In this document: positions 23,601 to 38,065 of the stretch, in pieces
How the letters are laid out: every line of letters begins with the position of its first letter
Position numbering within the stretch: the stretch's first letter is position 1
Origin: Blepharisma stoltei ATCC 30299
Lineage: Eukaryota > Protista > Ciliophora
NCBI GenBank assembly: GCA_965603825.1
Contig: CBFDEM010000054.1
Location: 310,001 to 374,000, forward strand
Length of the DNA stretch: 64,000 nt
Direction: 5' to 3'
Made by a program: the position numbers and the translations under genes
The notes under the pieces: model-generated
The model's input: the letters and a program-made list of their open reading frames with translations, nothing else
Told to the model about the DNA's origin: nothing
The model's database searches: none

Positions 23601-26600
23601 TTCAATGAGAACTGATTTACCATAGTTAATTGCATTGACGAGTGTATTGGTAAGATTATCGCTGTTTAGCCTTGTAACGTCAAGTCTTTCACCTTCCATC
23701 TTCTTGATCCATGCATTAGCTTGCACTTGAGGATCAATCATCAGAGGCCACCTTGAGGAGTTTTCCATAATAATTGCATTATCTATAGAGAAGCTATCAT
23801 TAGGTAGGTGGGCCAATGTCCAGTCTCTGATTTTTACTTGGTCTCCCATTACATCCTTCAATGAAAATTCAGCTGAGCTTGGGATGTCTTTTTCTTTGAG
23901 CTGCTTTATCCAATGCTCAATGCAGCTTGACCTATAAGTTCCTGTGAAAACTCCTAAATAAGCTATAATCCCAGAACTTATCATCAAGTCTCCTACCACA
24001 TTTTTATAGTTCTCTTTCAGAATTTGGGCTTCTTTACCCCATCTAACTTTTTCATCTTTAAGGCCATCAATAAGTTTTTGAGCTCTTTCTAGCTTGATTC
24101 TGCACATGTCGACTTCATGCTGAAGTCTGAGCTCTTCATCAACAGCTTTTTGATAATCAGCTTCTAGTTTTTGGACTCTTTCTTGGATGCTTCGCAAAGC
24201 TTCCATTTTCACGCGTAGCTCATCTTCAGCAGCCTTGAGTCTGGCCTCTGCTTCAGCAAGTGCAGCTTGTCGGGGTCTGATTTCTTTCATCACTTTATCG
24301 TACTTAAACATAGCTCTAACCCACATGCTAAGCCCATATGCAGCTAATGAAGCTCTTTTGATTTTGTCTTGCTGGAACTCTGGATTAACTATGATTTTTT
24401 CAATTGTGGCAACAATGACAGGATCCATGTGATCTTTATCGTAATTTTGTAAATCATCCATAAGTCTTGGCCTGTTTAGGAGGTTCTTCTTAGCAGTTTC
24501 CCAATAATCTGGCTCTTTTCCAAATCCGTTAGCTTTTGGAACCATAATTGGCTCAATAGCCATCAATTTGCAAACAGCTTCCATAGTGAATCTCACACCA
24601 GGTGGCGGACTTGCCATATGCTTGACTTCATCAATTTGACTTTTATCAAGTGACTTCAATGCTTTTTGTGCCTGTTCATAAGCGGGCATAGCTTCTTCAA
24701 GCTTCTCTTCACATTCCTTTTTGATTCCTTGCGCAATCTCTCTTTCCTCTTTACATCTAGCTTCATCTACTTCACAATTCTGCTGGATTTCCAGTGCTTC
24801 TTTTTGCTGAACAGTCAGAACTTTCATCATTTCTTTTGTTTCGGCCTGTGCTACCACTAATTTCGGCTGCAGTTCTTCCAAATCTTTTTGCATGACAGAC
24901 ACCTTAGACGCTGTATCCAGTAACTTTTCCAGCCCATTTTCATATCTTTGTCCAAGTCTTTTGACTTCTACTCTTTTAGTGTTCAATAAATTCTTAAAAG
25001 TATATATAAGCTCTAAATAAGAGGTAGGCGTAATATAGTAATGCCTACCAAGTTCCGCTTTATATCGAGCTGTTAAATTAGTGACTCTTTCTTGCATATC
25101 TACACAGATCTCTACAAGCCCTTTTTTCACTTGATTATCGACGTCTACATCTTTTAAGAAATTCTGGGCGACAGATCTCAATGCATCTTCAGGCCAAGGC
25201 AAAAACCAATCAATAGTGGTACAGTTTACCAGAGATGGGAACATTCTGATTCTCGTCCTAAAAGACTCTCCGATTGGCGACAAGCAAAATACAAGATGGA
25301 GGTTAGACCTTACTCTTTCAATGAAATACGCATGAATTGCTTCTGCTGAGCCTCCTTTCTTGTTTTGGTTAGCTTCTTCTTGTAAAGTGTCAATGACATT
25401 TTGTCTGTCCTCAGATTCCAATAAGTTAGGAACTTCACCATTATTAAGCAAATTATTGATGTCTTCTAAGAAACCTTCATTTGAAATTTGTGTGTCGCTG
25501 AATAAGAAAACAGTTGGGTGATTTTCCAGGCCAGTCTTAAAGAAAAGTGCCTTGAGTCTGTCTCTTCATTCAGTCATTCCAAAGTTCTTGCTTACTTCAA
25601 CCTCAAAAATAGAATACTCAGCTATTGACGTAGCCAGCATTGTTAGACTTTTTCTCCCACTTCCTCCAACACCTAATAATAATGCATTCCCGAGCGGTAG
25701 TTGAATTATTCTTACTATTTTTACAACATGCTCAATAGCAGCCATAAAGAGCACTAAGTTCATTTTTGCTGGAGAAATCTGGTTGTAATATTCTAAAAAT
25801 TCATGCATTTTTTCTTGCAGCAAAGTCTGATCTTTAAGCTCACAGTATAAGTCAGGAATTTTAGCTTTGCCTTCTTCACGGGAGATCATAGGAATAAATG
25901 ACCCAAAAAGTAGGGGTGTAACTGTTACAACATCCTCCCAGCTTCTTCTGAAGTACTTTTTCATTGATTCTTTGAGAAGATCATTGAAATATTCTCTGTC
26001 CTTATTGTTTATTAAACGATCTTGGAACACTCTTTGACACTCATGAGCCCACAGTCTTATCAAGTCAGCTTCTTCTTTTATTGCTAAAGCAGTCGCATTT
26101 GAAATTCCTTGAAATACTTTAGAAACGTCTCTTAAGTTGTATATATAATGCATTTTTGCAGGAGTTGGCAATAACTCTTTGCTTATCCTCTGGAAAACTT
26201 GTATTGTAGCATGAACCAAATTTTCTTTTTGCTGGACAATAGCTCGTGAAAATGGCTCAGCCTGCTTAATGAAAAACCAGTCTACAATAGTTGTAAAAAT
26301 CGACATTAAAGAATCCTCTCCAAACGGCTCAATGTACAGCTTATTAAAATGTCTCAAATATCTCTGTGAGACATGGTTTCTTCCTCCACCTGGAGGTCCC
26401 ATGCAAGCAGCAAACTGTATAAGTTTGAATTTCTTGAATTCTTTGGTTTCCAAATCATACCAGCCTTCATGGTCCATCCACTGTCTTAAAAGCTCAATAG
26501 GAGGCTGAGCTCCATAAGTTTCTTTTTGAGGCATATTTAAGTCGTCTACAAAAATGACCATTTTTCTGTTCCCAGCAGGGGCGTTTACAAATCTCGATTT

Positions 26601-29600
26601 TTTCTCCATGCAAGATTCCATGATTAGCTGTATTTTATTTGCTGATGTTTGAGCTGAAAACGCCATAAAAAGATAAGTGAAGGTTTCATTGTAAAAAGAT
26701 GAGCGAAGGGTATCGAGAACACAAACAGTTTTGCCTGTGCCTGTAGGGCCACAGAAAAGGATATGCTTGTGAGCAGAAGCCATGAAATGCATAAGGTAAG
26801 AAATACGGATAGTGTCCTTTGTAGGGACAATAAGTTCGTGGAAATTTGAATTTTTGTCAGGAGTATATGTGCCAGGGTGAAGATTTACCCATTGCATCCA
26901 ATGATAGCCGGTGGGTTTCTTTGCAAAAACTATATCGAAGAATTCCCCAGGAAGTTTGGCGTCATATTTTTTGGGTTCCCAGTCTGCAGGGGTATCAAGA
27001 AGTCGATAGAGATCTACCACATTTTCCCCTGCCATGAGCTTTCCTAAGAACTCGGAGAACTTTGGTCTTGTTGTTTCATCTGTAATTCCTCCAAATCCCC
27101 ATATAACACTGAAGAGAATTCACTGCGGAAGGACTTCTTCAAACTCTTTTGGCAAAACATGCTCTTTAGGTGCATTTTTAGTAGGAGATTCAGCTTCATC
27201 CTCTTTTACCATATCTCTGAACTCCATCATAAAGCAGTCAAAAATATTAAGGATAGTGCTGACCATTTCATTTTCAGTGACAGGTGCAGGGAGTTTGCAT
27301 TTTTTCTTTACAAATTCAGTTAATGGCCATGAAAACCAAGAAAAAGTGTCAATAATATGCATTCCGTGCTTGTCTCTAATAAAATAAGGTAGCGAATACA
27401 CATAAGATTGGATCAAAACTACCCAGCCAAGTCGATGAGGTTCAAGGAAAACCATTCCACAACGAGACACAGTAGCAGGTGATGCCACTTTTAGGTCTTC
27501 GACTTCAAACATCATGGTCATCCCTTCAGTCATTTTAATGATTTCTCCTGACTGCATACACAGCATTTTGTTGTCATCCAGTACAGTGTTCATATTTTCA
27601 ATCCATTTGGAGTCGACAGGACCATCAAACACAACCCATTTTCTTTCGGGGCCTTTTTCTGCAGTAAAGGTTCTGAATGTTTGAGAAATGACGCCATCGT
27701 ACCATTGATGAGACTCTGCGATAAATCTTCCGTATAACTGGTTTAAAGTGATGGATTTAGGATTTAAGGTGATTTTAAGGGTTTTTGTGAATTCTGGATT
27801 ATTTGGAACGCTGCTTAGAGCCATTTGTAAAGTGTTGATGACTTTGGTTTTGCCTGAAAATGTTTGTCCTACAAGCATAAGCCCATGTCTTACACATATG
27901 GTTTCGTAAAGCTGTATACATTTGCTCTTGAACTCGTCTGTCGCTTGTAAGTTCTGCATTTCACATGCAGCTTCTATTGAAGTCAATAAAATTCCATAGT
28001 CAATCTTCGGGATAGTGACTCCAGGGAACAAATCTGAAGTAATTCCAAGGAAAAGCGGTATATCATTGCTGGTGAATTTAGGTAAATTGACATCATTAAG
28101 TGCTCTCAATGCCAAAATATCTTCCACCTCGTCAGTATACTTCATTTTCAAGTTTCCACAAGCAGTCAAAATGGCTTTAACTGCTCTCATACCAAAGTCA
28201 TAATGGTCTTGTGTTGATAATTGCTCAGAAGATAAACGTAGGGAAGCCACCACTTTTGCAGCTAGACTTCTAGCATTTTCAAAGCCATAGGAAAACAAAG
28301 AAATTTCACTGATCATGGCATAATCAGGAACCATCATAGCGCAAGGCCTGAATAAAGCTTTCAAGTTATCAGGAAGCTCAGATCTTCCAGCATAGCCAGG
28401 ATTCATAGTGATGTTGATTGCACAAGAGTGCACTAAATTAAGCTGGGTGCCTTCAAATGTAAATGTTTTTCGCTTTTCTCTGATTGCTTGCTGGATCTGC
28501 AACACTTGCATGGCAATGACTGATAGGACTTCAGGCTCAATTCTGTTGAATTCATCGAAACAACACCAGGAACCGCTTGAGGCAAGGCCTTTAAAGAATT
28601 TGGCCATAGATGTGAAATCAAGAGAGTCACTACAGTTGAAGACGACACATTTGACAGCTATTGCTTTGGCCAGATCTTTTACTGACTCGGTTTTGCCTGT
28701 TCCTGCTGGGCCTTCTGGAGCGCCTCCATAAAATAGGTTGTAAGCACCTATTAGTGTTCTATAGCATCTATCTGTAAGCGGGGTGATAACTAGCCTGGGA
28801 GTATTTCCTAAGTACTCAAAGCCATATTTGATAGAAGAGTTGACCATTTTAACTGAAATGTCTGTAGAGCCTTCCCAGTAGTATCTTAATTGAGCAATCC
28901 AATCGAACTGGTTGTTATTTGTGATTTTTTTGGTTTTCAAATCAGTGACTATATCACGAGCATGGACATCAAGTGTAATGACTGCTGAAAGTGTTTTCCT
29001 GAGCAAAGAGTCAAGCTTACCTCTAACCATAACGACAACCCCCATAATGAGTTTTGTAAGCTTATCTTCATACGCTTTCATGGTATTATTTTTAATAGCA
29101 TCTTCTACCCCTGCAGTCCAGCACAGCTGATTGACTCCTAGTACTACCATTGATGGCCAGTTTCTAATCCATTGGGTTCTTTCTTGTTTTTGGTACTCAT
29201 TGAAGCTTTTCTTAGTAATTTCTTTAATAGTTTTATACATAGACTTTTCGATGTCCCCCATCCAAAACTCCACATTCCCTTTTTTGTCTCCTTCATTCAC
29301 ATCAATTTTATCAATAAGCTGAACAGTTTCTTTTTCAGGAGAAATCATGTGAGTGACTTCTTGTCTTTCAGTGAAAACAACTTTATCGATGGCTTCAAAA
29401 CATTTATTAATGTGCTCTTGGACACGAAGAGGGTCTTTTGTTTGAGATAGAATATCTAGCAAATCTTCATCAGATAAGAAAAAGAAACGTGGGAACGAGA
29501 GACGTTTGGTTTCTAAGTAATGATGCATTGACTTTTGGATTTCGTCAAGATTTTCATTGGCGTCTTTAAAAAGTGTAAGAGTGCCACCATCTATTGCAAC

Positions 29601-32600
29601 AGAATCTAGTAGGTTTGGATTGGTGTTTTGAGTAGCCTGGTTTCCTCCAGGGTTACAAATAGAATCCATATGAAGTTTCCATTGGCTATCAACTCCTCTA
29701 AACTTTCTATACTCTCCAGGCATACGCTTTTGAATGTCATCTGATGCGAAAATAGGTTCAAGGTTCATCCAAACGGTTTGACATTTCATCCACTGCTCAA
29801 GAGTCTCTTGAATATGCAGCAGTCTATATTCCCATTCTTTGCATTGTCTTTCAATTGGTTTCGCATAAGGCGAAGTCTTCATGGCTTGAATGTTCACAAT
29901 CTGTTCATCTAGCAAAGTTTGTATATCTTCTACAGACTTAACAATATGAGTGTCCTTATAAGCCAAAACTTCAAGGAACTGGCCTTCACACTCTTTCTTC
30001 ATTTCTTCTAGTTTCTTTTTAAGCTTAAATTCCCTTTGTGCTTTGTATGAGACTTCTTCTATTTCTTCTATGAAATTTTTCAATCCTTTTTCTATTAAAG
30101 TGGACACAGTTTCATGCTTAGCGTCAAGCTGCTCAGATGGAAGTCCTGCGATTTGGGCAACTCTTCTCCAGTGATCTTCTCCCCAAGCTTCATTAGAAAT
30201 AGCTTTTATAAGAGGGATATTGGTCTGGAATTCAGTTAAATGCTCTTTCAAATGGTTGATAACATTGATAGCTTCTGGACTCTTTTCCAATAGTTTTTTC
30301 GTTAGCACAAAGCATTCTCTAAGCCATCTGTCAACATTGCTCGAAATTTCTATTGCATTGAGTTCATGGATTTTTTTCTCGTTAGTCCAGGAATTGTGCC
30401 CATACTTGAAATCGTTAACATTTGTCCAGAGCTTGTTGAATGGCTCGAAGTCGTCGATCATATTTTGAAGCTCAGTTTTATCTGAAAGCTGCAGCTCAAA
30501 GAGAGTTTCTCTTTGGTTAAAAGAGTTGAATTGGTCCATGGCTTGCTTTAAATGATCTTCAAGCTTTTTGACGTCTTCATAGTGAGAAGAAGAATTGGAG
30601 TAGTCTGCAAACTGCTGGACGAGCTCGAAGTCTGTATGAAGTTGGCTTATTTCTCTAAACCACTTATCTTTTTCTTTTTCAAGCTTCTCTCGGAATTTTT
30701 CTTCTTCAACTTCAAGTCTTCCGATGCCTTCCTTTGTGGAGGCTTCGACTTCAATTGGCCAAGTTTTGCACTGCCATAAATTAATGCTGACTTCTTCATT
30801 TAGTCTGAACTGGTAGTCTTCAAGTATCAAAGTGTGGCTAATTACTTCTTTTTCTTTATTTAAAAGCTCTTGTTTTTTCAGCTTGATGTTCTTAGCAAAT
30901 TGCTTAAGCTCGAACAGCTCAGCTTCATTTGTTGGGATTGTCTTGACTTTATTGCAAGTAAACTCGTACTCATCTTGGATATTTTTGACTTCTTCTGAGC
31001 AGAAATTAGAGATTCCTTCGAGTAAGGCATTCATGCACTTGTTGATTTTCTTATCCATAGTTTCTTTGAATTTATGACACTGGATTTGGAAAAAATCATA
31101 GTTTATAACGAGGGTTGATATTGAAACTAAGTCTTCTTTTGCAGCTTTGAGCTTCAGCAGTTCATTTCGGAGCTTCTCAATTGAAGGCTTTCCTTTCAGC
31201 AAATCTTTGACATAGTCTTTTATTTTCATTTTCCCAACCCATTCAAAAGCTTTAAACTCTTCCAAAATCTGAAGTGGCCCACTTTGATATTTTTCCATCA
31301 ATTCTGAAATTTCTTTTTTCGCGATAGCAACCCATTCACTTTCTTCGTTTAGTTCGAAAACTGGGGTTTTAGGAATATTCATGAATGGCACCAAGTCAGA
31401 TTCAAGGTTGGTGATTTTATTGGTTGCTTCTACAATCCAATCAATGCATTCACTTATAAACTTGTGGGCTTGCTGGAGTGTTGGCTTAAAATCAATTTGT
31501 CCAGGAACTGCATCAGCTTGCTCATCTTTTTTCTTTCTTGAGTCTTCTTCAATATTCAGCTGGAGAATTATTAAAGGCTTCTCATTTTTTCTGTATACTT
31601 CAGACTCCTCAGGAGATGAAAACGATTTTAAGAAATCGACCCAATCGTCAATGCTTTGCTTTGCAAAAGTCCTCACTTGAGTGTTCATTATTAAATCCAT
31701 TCTTCTTAAAATGGTATGTAAAGCTCCTTTTAGATACTCTTCAGAATCAACAGCAAAGAAGTTATATTGCTCAGCCATTTTATCTTGGGTTTCACTGATT
31801 AAATATTCTCTCCAGTGAATTGAAATTTGCTGCCTAATAGCCTGATGATGATTTCTTTGGGCATTGTATAAGTTTCTCAACTCCATTGGCATAAGAAGAT
31901 TTTTGGTCTCTAAGAATCGATGCTCTTGAAAGCTATAGCATTTAGCTGCCATTATTTTATTTACTTGAACCACTGAAGTTGTCTTATACCAGTGATTTTT
32001 ATCAAGCTCTTTTTTCGTCTTTTTGTATGGATGGGAAGGGATAGTAATAGTCCCAAACTCAGGAATAACTGGAATTGACCGCCGAATTGGGATTTTTTTC
32101 TGAATAAATTCATGATCATTTTTCGGGTCCTGCATTCTCAACAAAATTACGCACTTTTTCATCGCTCTTACATATTCTTCATCAATTACAGACACAAGCT
32201 GTTTAAGCAAGTCCATATACTTGTCTTTTTCAAACTCCAAACTTGTAGCGACAGCTTTTTTCAAGATTTTTGCCTTGACATCTTTACGCAGCTGAGACAC
32301 ATCAGTAGCTGAAATTGCGTCTACCATGTCCAAAAATCTGACTTCAGAGTCATAGTTTTGTTGAAGTTCTCTGGCTTGGATGACGCGCGCTTCGAATTCT
32401 TTAGGATTTTCATCGTGAAATTTAATAGCAAGACGCTGGACTTTTTTCTCAAGCATGTTTTTTCTGATCCTGACTAAAAACTTTTTTGCATTGGAATCAT
32501 ACCCTAGCAAGTCTATTGGTTCCCATGAGTAGACTCCATCCTCAAAAGCTGGTGAAGACCCATGTGGGCCAGGTTTTCCTTTATAAAATTTGACCCAGTC

Positions 32601-33128
32601 TTCAGGCTTCATTGATTCTATTCAGCAATCAAATTTTGAAATATCTCTTGTTGATTTTAAATCAGGGTTTTCAAAGTTGGCGTATTCTCGCTGGAGAAGT
32701 TTTTTGGTTTTTTCTGGGTTTGAACCTGGCAGTTCTTCTTTTGCTGGAGATGATAGCTCAGATTGATCAAGCTTAAAACTGGTTTCATTATCTTTGGTGG
32801 GAATAATTTTCTCATGCTTCATAACTGCTTTAATATGCCTGGCAGGGAGGCCTTTAGCGCTATCTAATGTCTTCTGAGATATCATATCTGAAATCCAAGG
32901 ATTATTGACATTTACCTTTATTTCTTCTTCCACAGCTGGAGGCATTGGAGGTTCTTCTAATTCAGGAAGCTTTTTCCTTGAAATTTTGGGCTCAATTTGG
33001 TCTGTGTCCATCATTTTTGAGAGTGCTTTGAAATCAGGGATGTTAAGCAAGACTCGAGGTCCATATGATTTGGCCCGAACACTCTTCTTGCCAGAGTTTG
33101 GTTTTGCCTGTAGGCCGCGGCTTGACAT
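20625..33128 (-). CDS. DNAH1: Axonemal inner-arm dynein heavy chain, DNAH1-like, 4167 aa, no introns needed
   Basis: Four ORFs in one frame joined by TGA 32622, 27120 and 25566 (E-W-RDRLK). P-loops GPAGTGKT, GQTFSGKT, GPTGTGKT, GVGGSGRKS; CFDEFNRI; C-terminus HWIKRGTALLTQLDY. N-terminal VQRLAIKFHDENP...ARV resembles DNAH1; the subfamily call is less sure than the family call. Confidence 0.93.
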
Positions 33129-33296
33129 AATTATGATTATAAACAGTTATGGAGACTTTCGTTTAGAATTTGGCTGTGAAGTCTAGAGAAATATAAAGAA
33201 TTTCTTATCGAGATATTAAAATAAGCGCTCAATAAATTATTAATTAATTTTCATTATTTTAATGTTAATTTGAAAGTTGCATTAATTTTTGAGTAC

Positions 33297-35102
33297 CTAT
33301 CCCAAATATGATTTTGTTTTCCTTGCTATTTTTCCGCCAAAGAATCTGGCGCTCTGGTTAATTGCATGCTCAATCTCAGTAGAGACATCTTTTGGCAGGA
33401 CCGCATTGCTTCTAAATTTCGTTAAAACTTCAAGTAAGCACCTGACTTCTCCCATAAATTCATTTTCCTTATGATTTGATTTTTCTTCACACATAGCAAG
33501 CTTTAATTTTAGTTCTTTATAACCTATTATAAGTTTTTCATTGTCTATTCGCATTTTTTCTTTCTGATTCATGATTTTATCGATATTTATGTGTAAAATC
33601 TCTATTTGTTTTTCCAAACTTTCGATTTTTTCTTGAGCCTGCTTCAGTTTTTCAGGGTAATTAATATGGTCAGTAAATAAAATAGCTCCCATCTTGCATT
33701 TTTCTATGTGTTCATAGAAAATTTGAGTTGATATGCAGTTTTTGCACATTTTACACTCAATTGCTGAAGAGTTGCTTAAAATTTCTTTTAGCATAAGGTT
33801 GGCTTCTTCTACTGGATTTTCATTTGTGCTTTCTTTGCAGGGGATTAATTCAATTGGGCTGATATTCCCTTTAGTCATTGTAGTTTGGGCTCTGTTATGC
33901 TTTCCTCTGGGTGAAGGAATAGGAGGTTTTGCAATATTAATTCCTGCTTCACACCTTAAATCTCCTATTTTTCTTTTCAATCTTGAGATTTCTGTTTCTT
34001 TGCATAATAGCTGGTCGGAGAGTTCATTGATTAAGCTTTGAAAATCAGTGTTTTTGTCTTCACTAACTCTAAGCCTAATTGCTCTTTTGAGTTTATCGAT
34101 TTCTTCTTCTTGGATATTTAATTGGCTTCTTAGCTTATTTTCATTAATTTCAAAAGCTTTTATTAGTTTTTGAAAGAAAAGTAGCTGGTTTTTTAATTTT
34201 TTAATTTCTTCTTGGGTGTCGTCTGCAAAGTTCAGCATTTGCTCAGTTCTGTCAATATGCTTTTTTAATGATAATGCACTGGTTTCTGTAAGTGCTTGCC
34301 TGATATTGGAAACAAGATTGTCTAAATCGTTTTTTCATTTGCCTATTATCTTTCTTGCTTCTTTTTTGGTGTTTTCTAGGTCATCTATTCTTTCATCAAT
34401 ACCTAAAATTGAATTTTCAATCCTTTTATCAATAGAAATTTGGTCTTCTTCCAATGCTTTTCTTTTCTCTTCAACTAACTCAAATTGAAGTTTCCTAATT
34501 TGAGACTCAAGGAATTTTTTATCTTGCTCGTAGATATCTTTAAAGTCCTGAAGGTTTTTGCTGTTTTGTTCGTGAATTCTTCTTATGTCTTGCTCATTTT
34601 CATCTTTGACGAATTCAATTTCCTGTTGTAACGATTCAATTTCATGCCTAAGCCTTTCAATCAATTTTTTATCTGAATTTTCAACTATTTCTTTTAGCGA
34701 ATTTTCCATCTCTTTTTTCTGCTCTGTAATAATCTGTATCTCATGTGTTAACTCAATTATCTTATCCTCAAAATTTTTTCTGTAATCGTTTTGTGTTGAT
34801 TCTAGCTCAGAATTTTTTGCTATATAATTATTTAATTCTGCTTTAAGCTTTTTGACTTTGTCTTTATGTTTCTTTTTGATCGTATTTATGAGAGTTTCGT
34901 ACTCTGCTTTTACTTTATTTAGTTCCTCTATTGAGCTATTCTTAATAGTTATTACTGTTTGCAGTGCTGATGTGTCTGCGGAGGTTAAGCTTGTGATCAT
35001 GGACTCATACATATTTTTCATTTGAATCTCTTTGGCTTTGGCATCATCTAGCTCTAACTGAAGGAATTCTAGTTGTTGTTTAAGAAGTTCTGGATCTTCC
35101 AT
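33297..35102 (-). CDS. About 600-aa coiled-coil protein with a CxxC...HxxxC zinc motif
   Basis: ORFs 34335-35102 and 33297-34238 join via TGA 34335. Contains IECKMCKNCISTQIFYEHIEKC. Ends TAG. Confidence 0.8.
34941..34955 (-). other. Candidate stop-free, in-frame 15-nt intron
   Basis: GTAATAACTATTAAG, A at position 10, phase 0. Would encode VITIK if retained. Confidence 0.55.
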
Positions 35103-35776
35103 AATTGTTAATATTTAATTTCAAAAAAAATGAGTCATTAGAAAATTTATCGACAAATTTTAAGACCAAGCTAAGATTGTTGTTAGTATCCATGAATTTA
35201 ATATATTTTGAACTAATCAGAAGACCAGAGTTCATTTTGTTTTGGCAGTTAGAATAAAAATGGTTAAGCATGCTATGTTTAAGAAATAAAATATGTCGTT
35301 AGCGCTTTTGCTTATCTTTAATTTGGAATATTTATTAATATATCTTTAATATGGAACTCCAAACTCGTAATTAACTCAATTGATTTTTTCTTGCTGAAGT
35401 GAAAACAAATAATACTCAACATCAAAATGCTGATAATTGATTATTCGTCCTTTCCAAGCGTATTTTTTGTAATAAGGGAAAAATCTATATTTTACATTAT
35501 GCTGTTGATTGCCAATATTTCAAGCTTAATATAAATGAAAAGGTGCTTACTAAATCCAAATAAAAACAACTTATATGATGATAAGTTTAAATTAAAAAGT
35601 TTTAGAAATATTCAAGAATCTAATTTATTATTATATTTCAGATATAATTATTAATAAGTTAAATAGCTTTTCAATATTTTTAACTATAGGAGCTTTTTAT
35701 CTTAATGAAATTATATTTAAAATATCTATTAAAATCATTTATACGTTGAAACCCTTATTTTCACAAATTAAAAATA

Positions 35777-38065
35777 ATGAATGACACAATAAATTTGCAT
35801 TGGGCCAAACTTGAAAATGCAATCACTGGCACCACTCTTCCAGTTCGACCTTCTACTGCTATATCAACACCTTCCAATAAAATTCTACGAAAAACCCTCT
35901 CAAGAGATGCAATTCGAAAAACAAATCAATCTAATAGAAAAAGTTTTTCTTGCCTAAATACATCATTTCCTCGTCCATTCACAGCGCAAACAACAACAGC
36001 ATTGCTTAATTCATCATATTTTGATGGTTTATCAAATGCTGAGCTATCAGAAATATTCAGAGCTAAATGTGAAGACTTACAGATTTCTCTCCATCAAGAA
36101 CAAGAAATGAAATTTCAAATGTTTTCTGGCAAAAGCTTTAAGGATCGAAAGTTTGATATGAGAAAATGCTGCATTGGGCCAAGCGCTGCTAAAAAAATAG
36201 GTGATTTGCTTAGAAACAGCAACAAATTTTATAGTATTCTACTTGCAAAAAATAGCATCGGAGATGAAGGTGCTATATATCTGGCAAGATGTCTGTCTAA
36301 AAATAAAAGCATTGTACATATAGATATAAGCAGTAATGACATTACTCCTGGAGGGGCAAAGGTGATTTTAAATTTATTGACTGCGCATCCATCAATGATA
36401 AGTTTTGATATTTCATCGCATGAAGGTTTACACCGAAATAGGCTCTCAACAACTGCCTCAAAATCTGTCGCACAAATGCTGAAATATAATAAGCTTTTAC
36501 TTTATCTGAATTTTGCAAGCACTGCTTTAGGGCCTTTTGGAATGGTGAATTTGATAGAGGGGCTCAAAATGAATAAAACTTTACTATTTCTAAACTTATC
36601 AAATAATAATTCTGGGGCAAGGCCGATGGAATTGCTAGCGAAAACTCTTGTAAATACAAATTTGGAAGAACTGGATATATCTATGAACAATATAACTGAT
36701 GAAGGAATCGAACCTTTTGCTAATCTGTTTAATGGGCTTTATGGTGCAATGTGCAAATTGAAAAAATTTGACTCTTCAGGAAATAAATTGAGTTTTAGAG
36801 GTGGAGGTAAACTGTTCAGGTCCCTCAAAAGCAATCCTCATTTAAAAGCTCTTAATATCGAAAATAACCCTTTAGGCCCTCACATTTCAAACTACATTAA
36901 AGAATTGTTAGAAGCAAATACAGAACTTGAATACTTGAATATGTCGAATTGTAACCTTCAAGACGAAGGAGTTTCAGTCATTACTGAGCCTTTAGGGAAA
37001 AATTTCAGCCTAAAAACTCTTATATTAAAAAAGAATTTATTAGGAAATGAAGGGGTTCAACATATAGCTTTTGGTCTCTGAAGGAATGCCTCGCTTACCT
37101 CTATTGATCTTTCTAATAATAAAATTACGAAGCAAGGAGGAGTATGCCTTGCAGAGTCATTACAAAAAAATAAAACTTTGCAATCACTTGAACTAAAAGA
37201 AAACGATTTAAAAGATGGTGCAGGAAGAGAGCTGTCAGAAGCTTCAAGGTTAAACAAGAGCATTCTTAATCTTTCATTGGACTTAAACCCACTCGATTAT
37301 AAATACATAAAGAACATCAATCAGAACATGAAAATCAATCGAGCTTTATTCAGAAGTAAAAGAGCCCCTGCTATAAAGAGTGACCTAAAAAGATTAAAAT
37401 TTGTAGATAAAAAGAGCGTTGATGAAATAGAACTATCAATAGATGAAAAGAAGAAAGAGCAAGAAGATGCAGAAAATAAATTATCTGTCCAAAAATCAAA
37501 GCTTGAAGAACTAAAGGCAAAAGAAAAAGAGAAGCTTGATGAGCTTATAGCAGAATATCAAAAATATGTTGAAAAATCTGAAGAACTCAGCGTGATTTTG
37601 AATAAAATTTTAGAAGAAATGAAAATTTTCAGCAATAGAGCAGGCAAAGAAATGCTCTCTTGCAAAATAGTACTTGATGTGGCTGATGCTGAATTGAAAA
37701 ACCTGGAAAACAGAAGTAATTTTTAATCAGAAAATGCACTTTATTTAGATTTCAGCTCGAAAAGGGAGTGCTTGAAAACTGAAAAAGCAAGTCTGAAGCA
37801 GAAAATAGAGAGAGAAGAAACAGGAAAAAGAATTGCTGAAAATGAGTTGCAAGATATGAAATTCAAGTTGAGAGAAACGAAAATAGAGCTTGCTAAGCTT
37901 AAAATCCAAATAAATTCTGGAGAAACCAAGGAAGTTTCATTATTTGGGCAAATACCTAAAAATGAATCAAAGTCTAAATACAGGGTAAAACCTAAAAAAA
38001 AGAAAAAAATCCAAAAAATGGATACTGCTATACAGGAAATATTAGCGACACTTCAAGAAGATTAA
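35777..38065 (+). CDS. 757-aa RNI-type leucine-rich repeat protein with a C-terminal coiled coil, one intron
   Basis: Repeated LxxLxLxxNxIxxxG units; TGA 37079=Trp; the 15-nt intron joins the 37178 and 37772 ORFs. Confidence 0.85.
37716..37730 (+). other. 15-nt spliceosomal intron (phase 1)
   Basis: GTAATTTTTAATCAG, A at position 10, contains the in-frame TAA. Confidence 0.85.

Noticed and set aside
21226-33186. Many plus-strand ORFs antisense to dynein (and similar shadows over other genes)
   Set aside because: Mirror-frame artefacts of codon bias; Ser/Phe/Leu-rich and without motifs.
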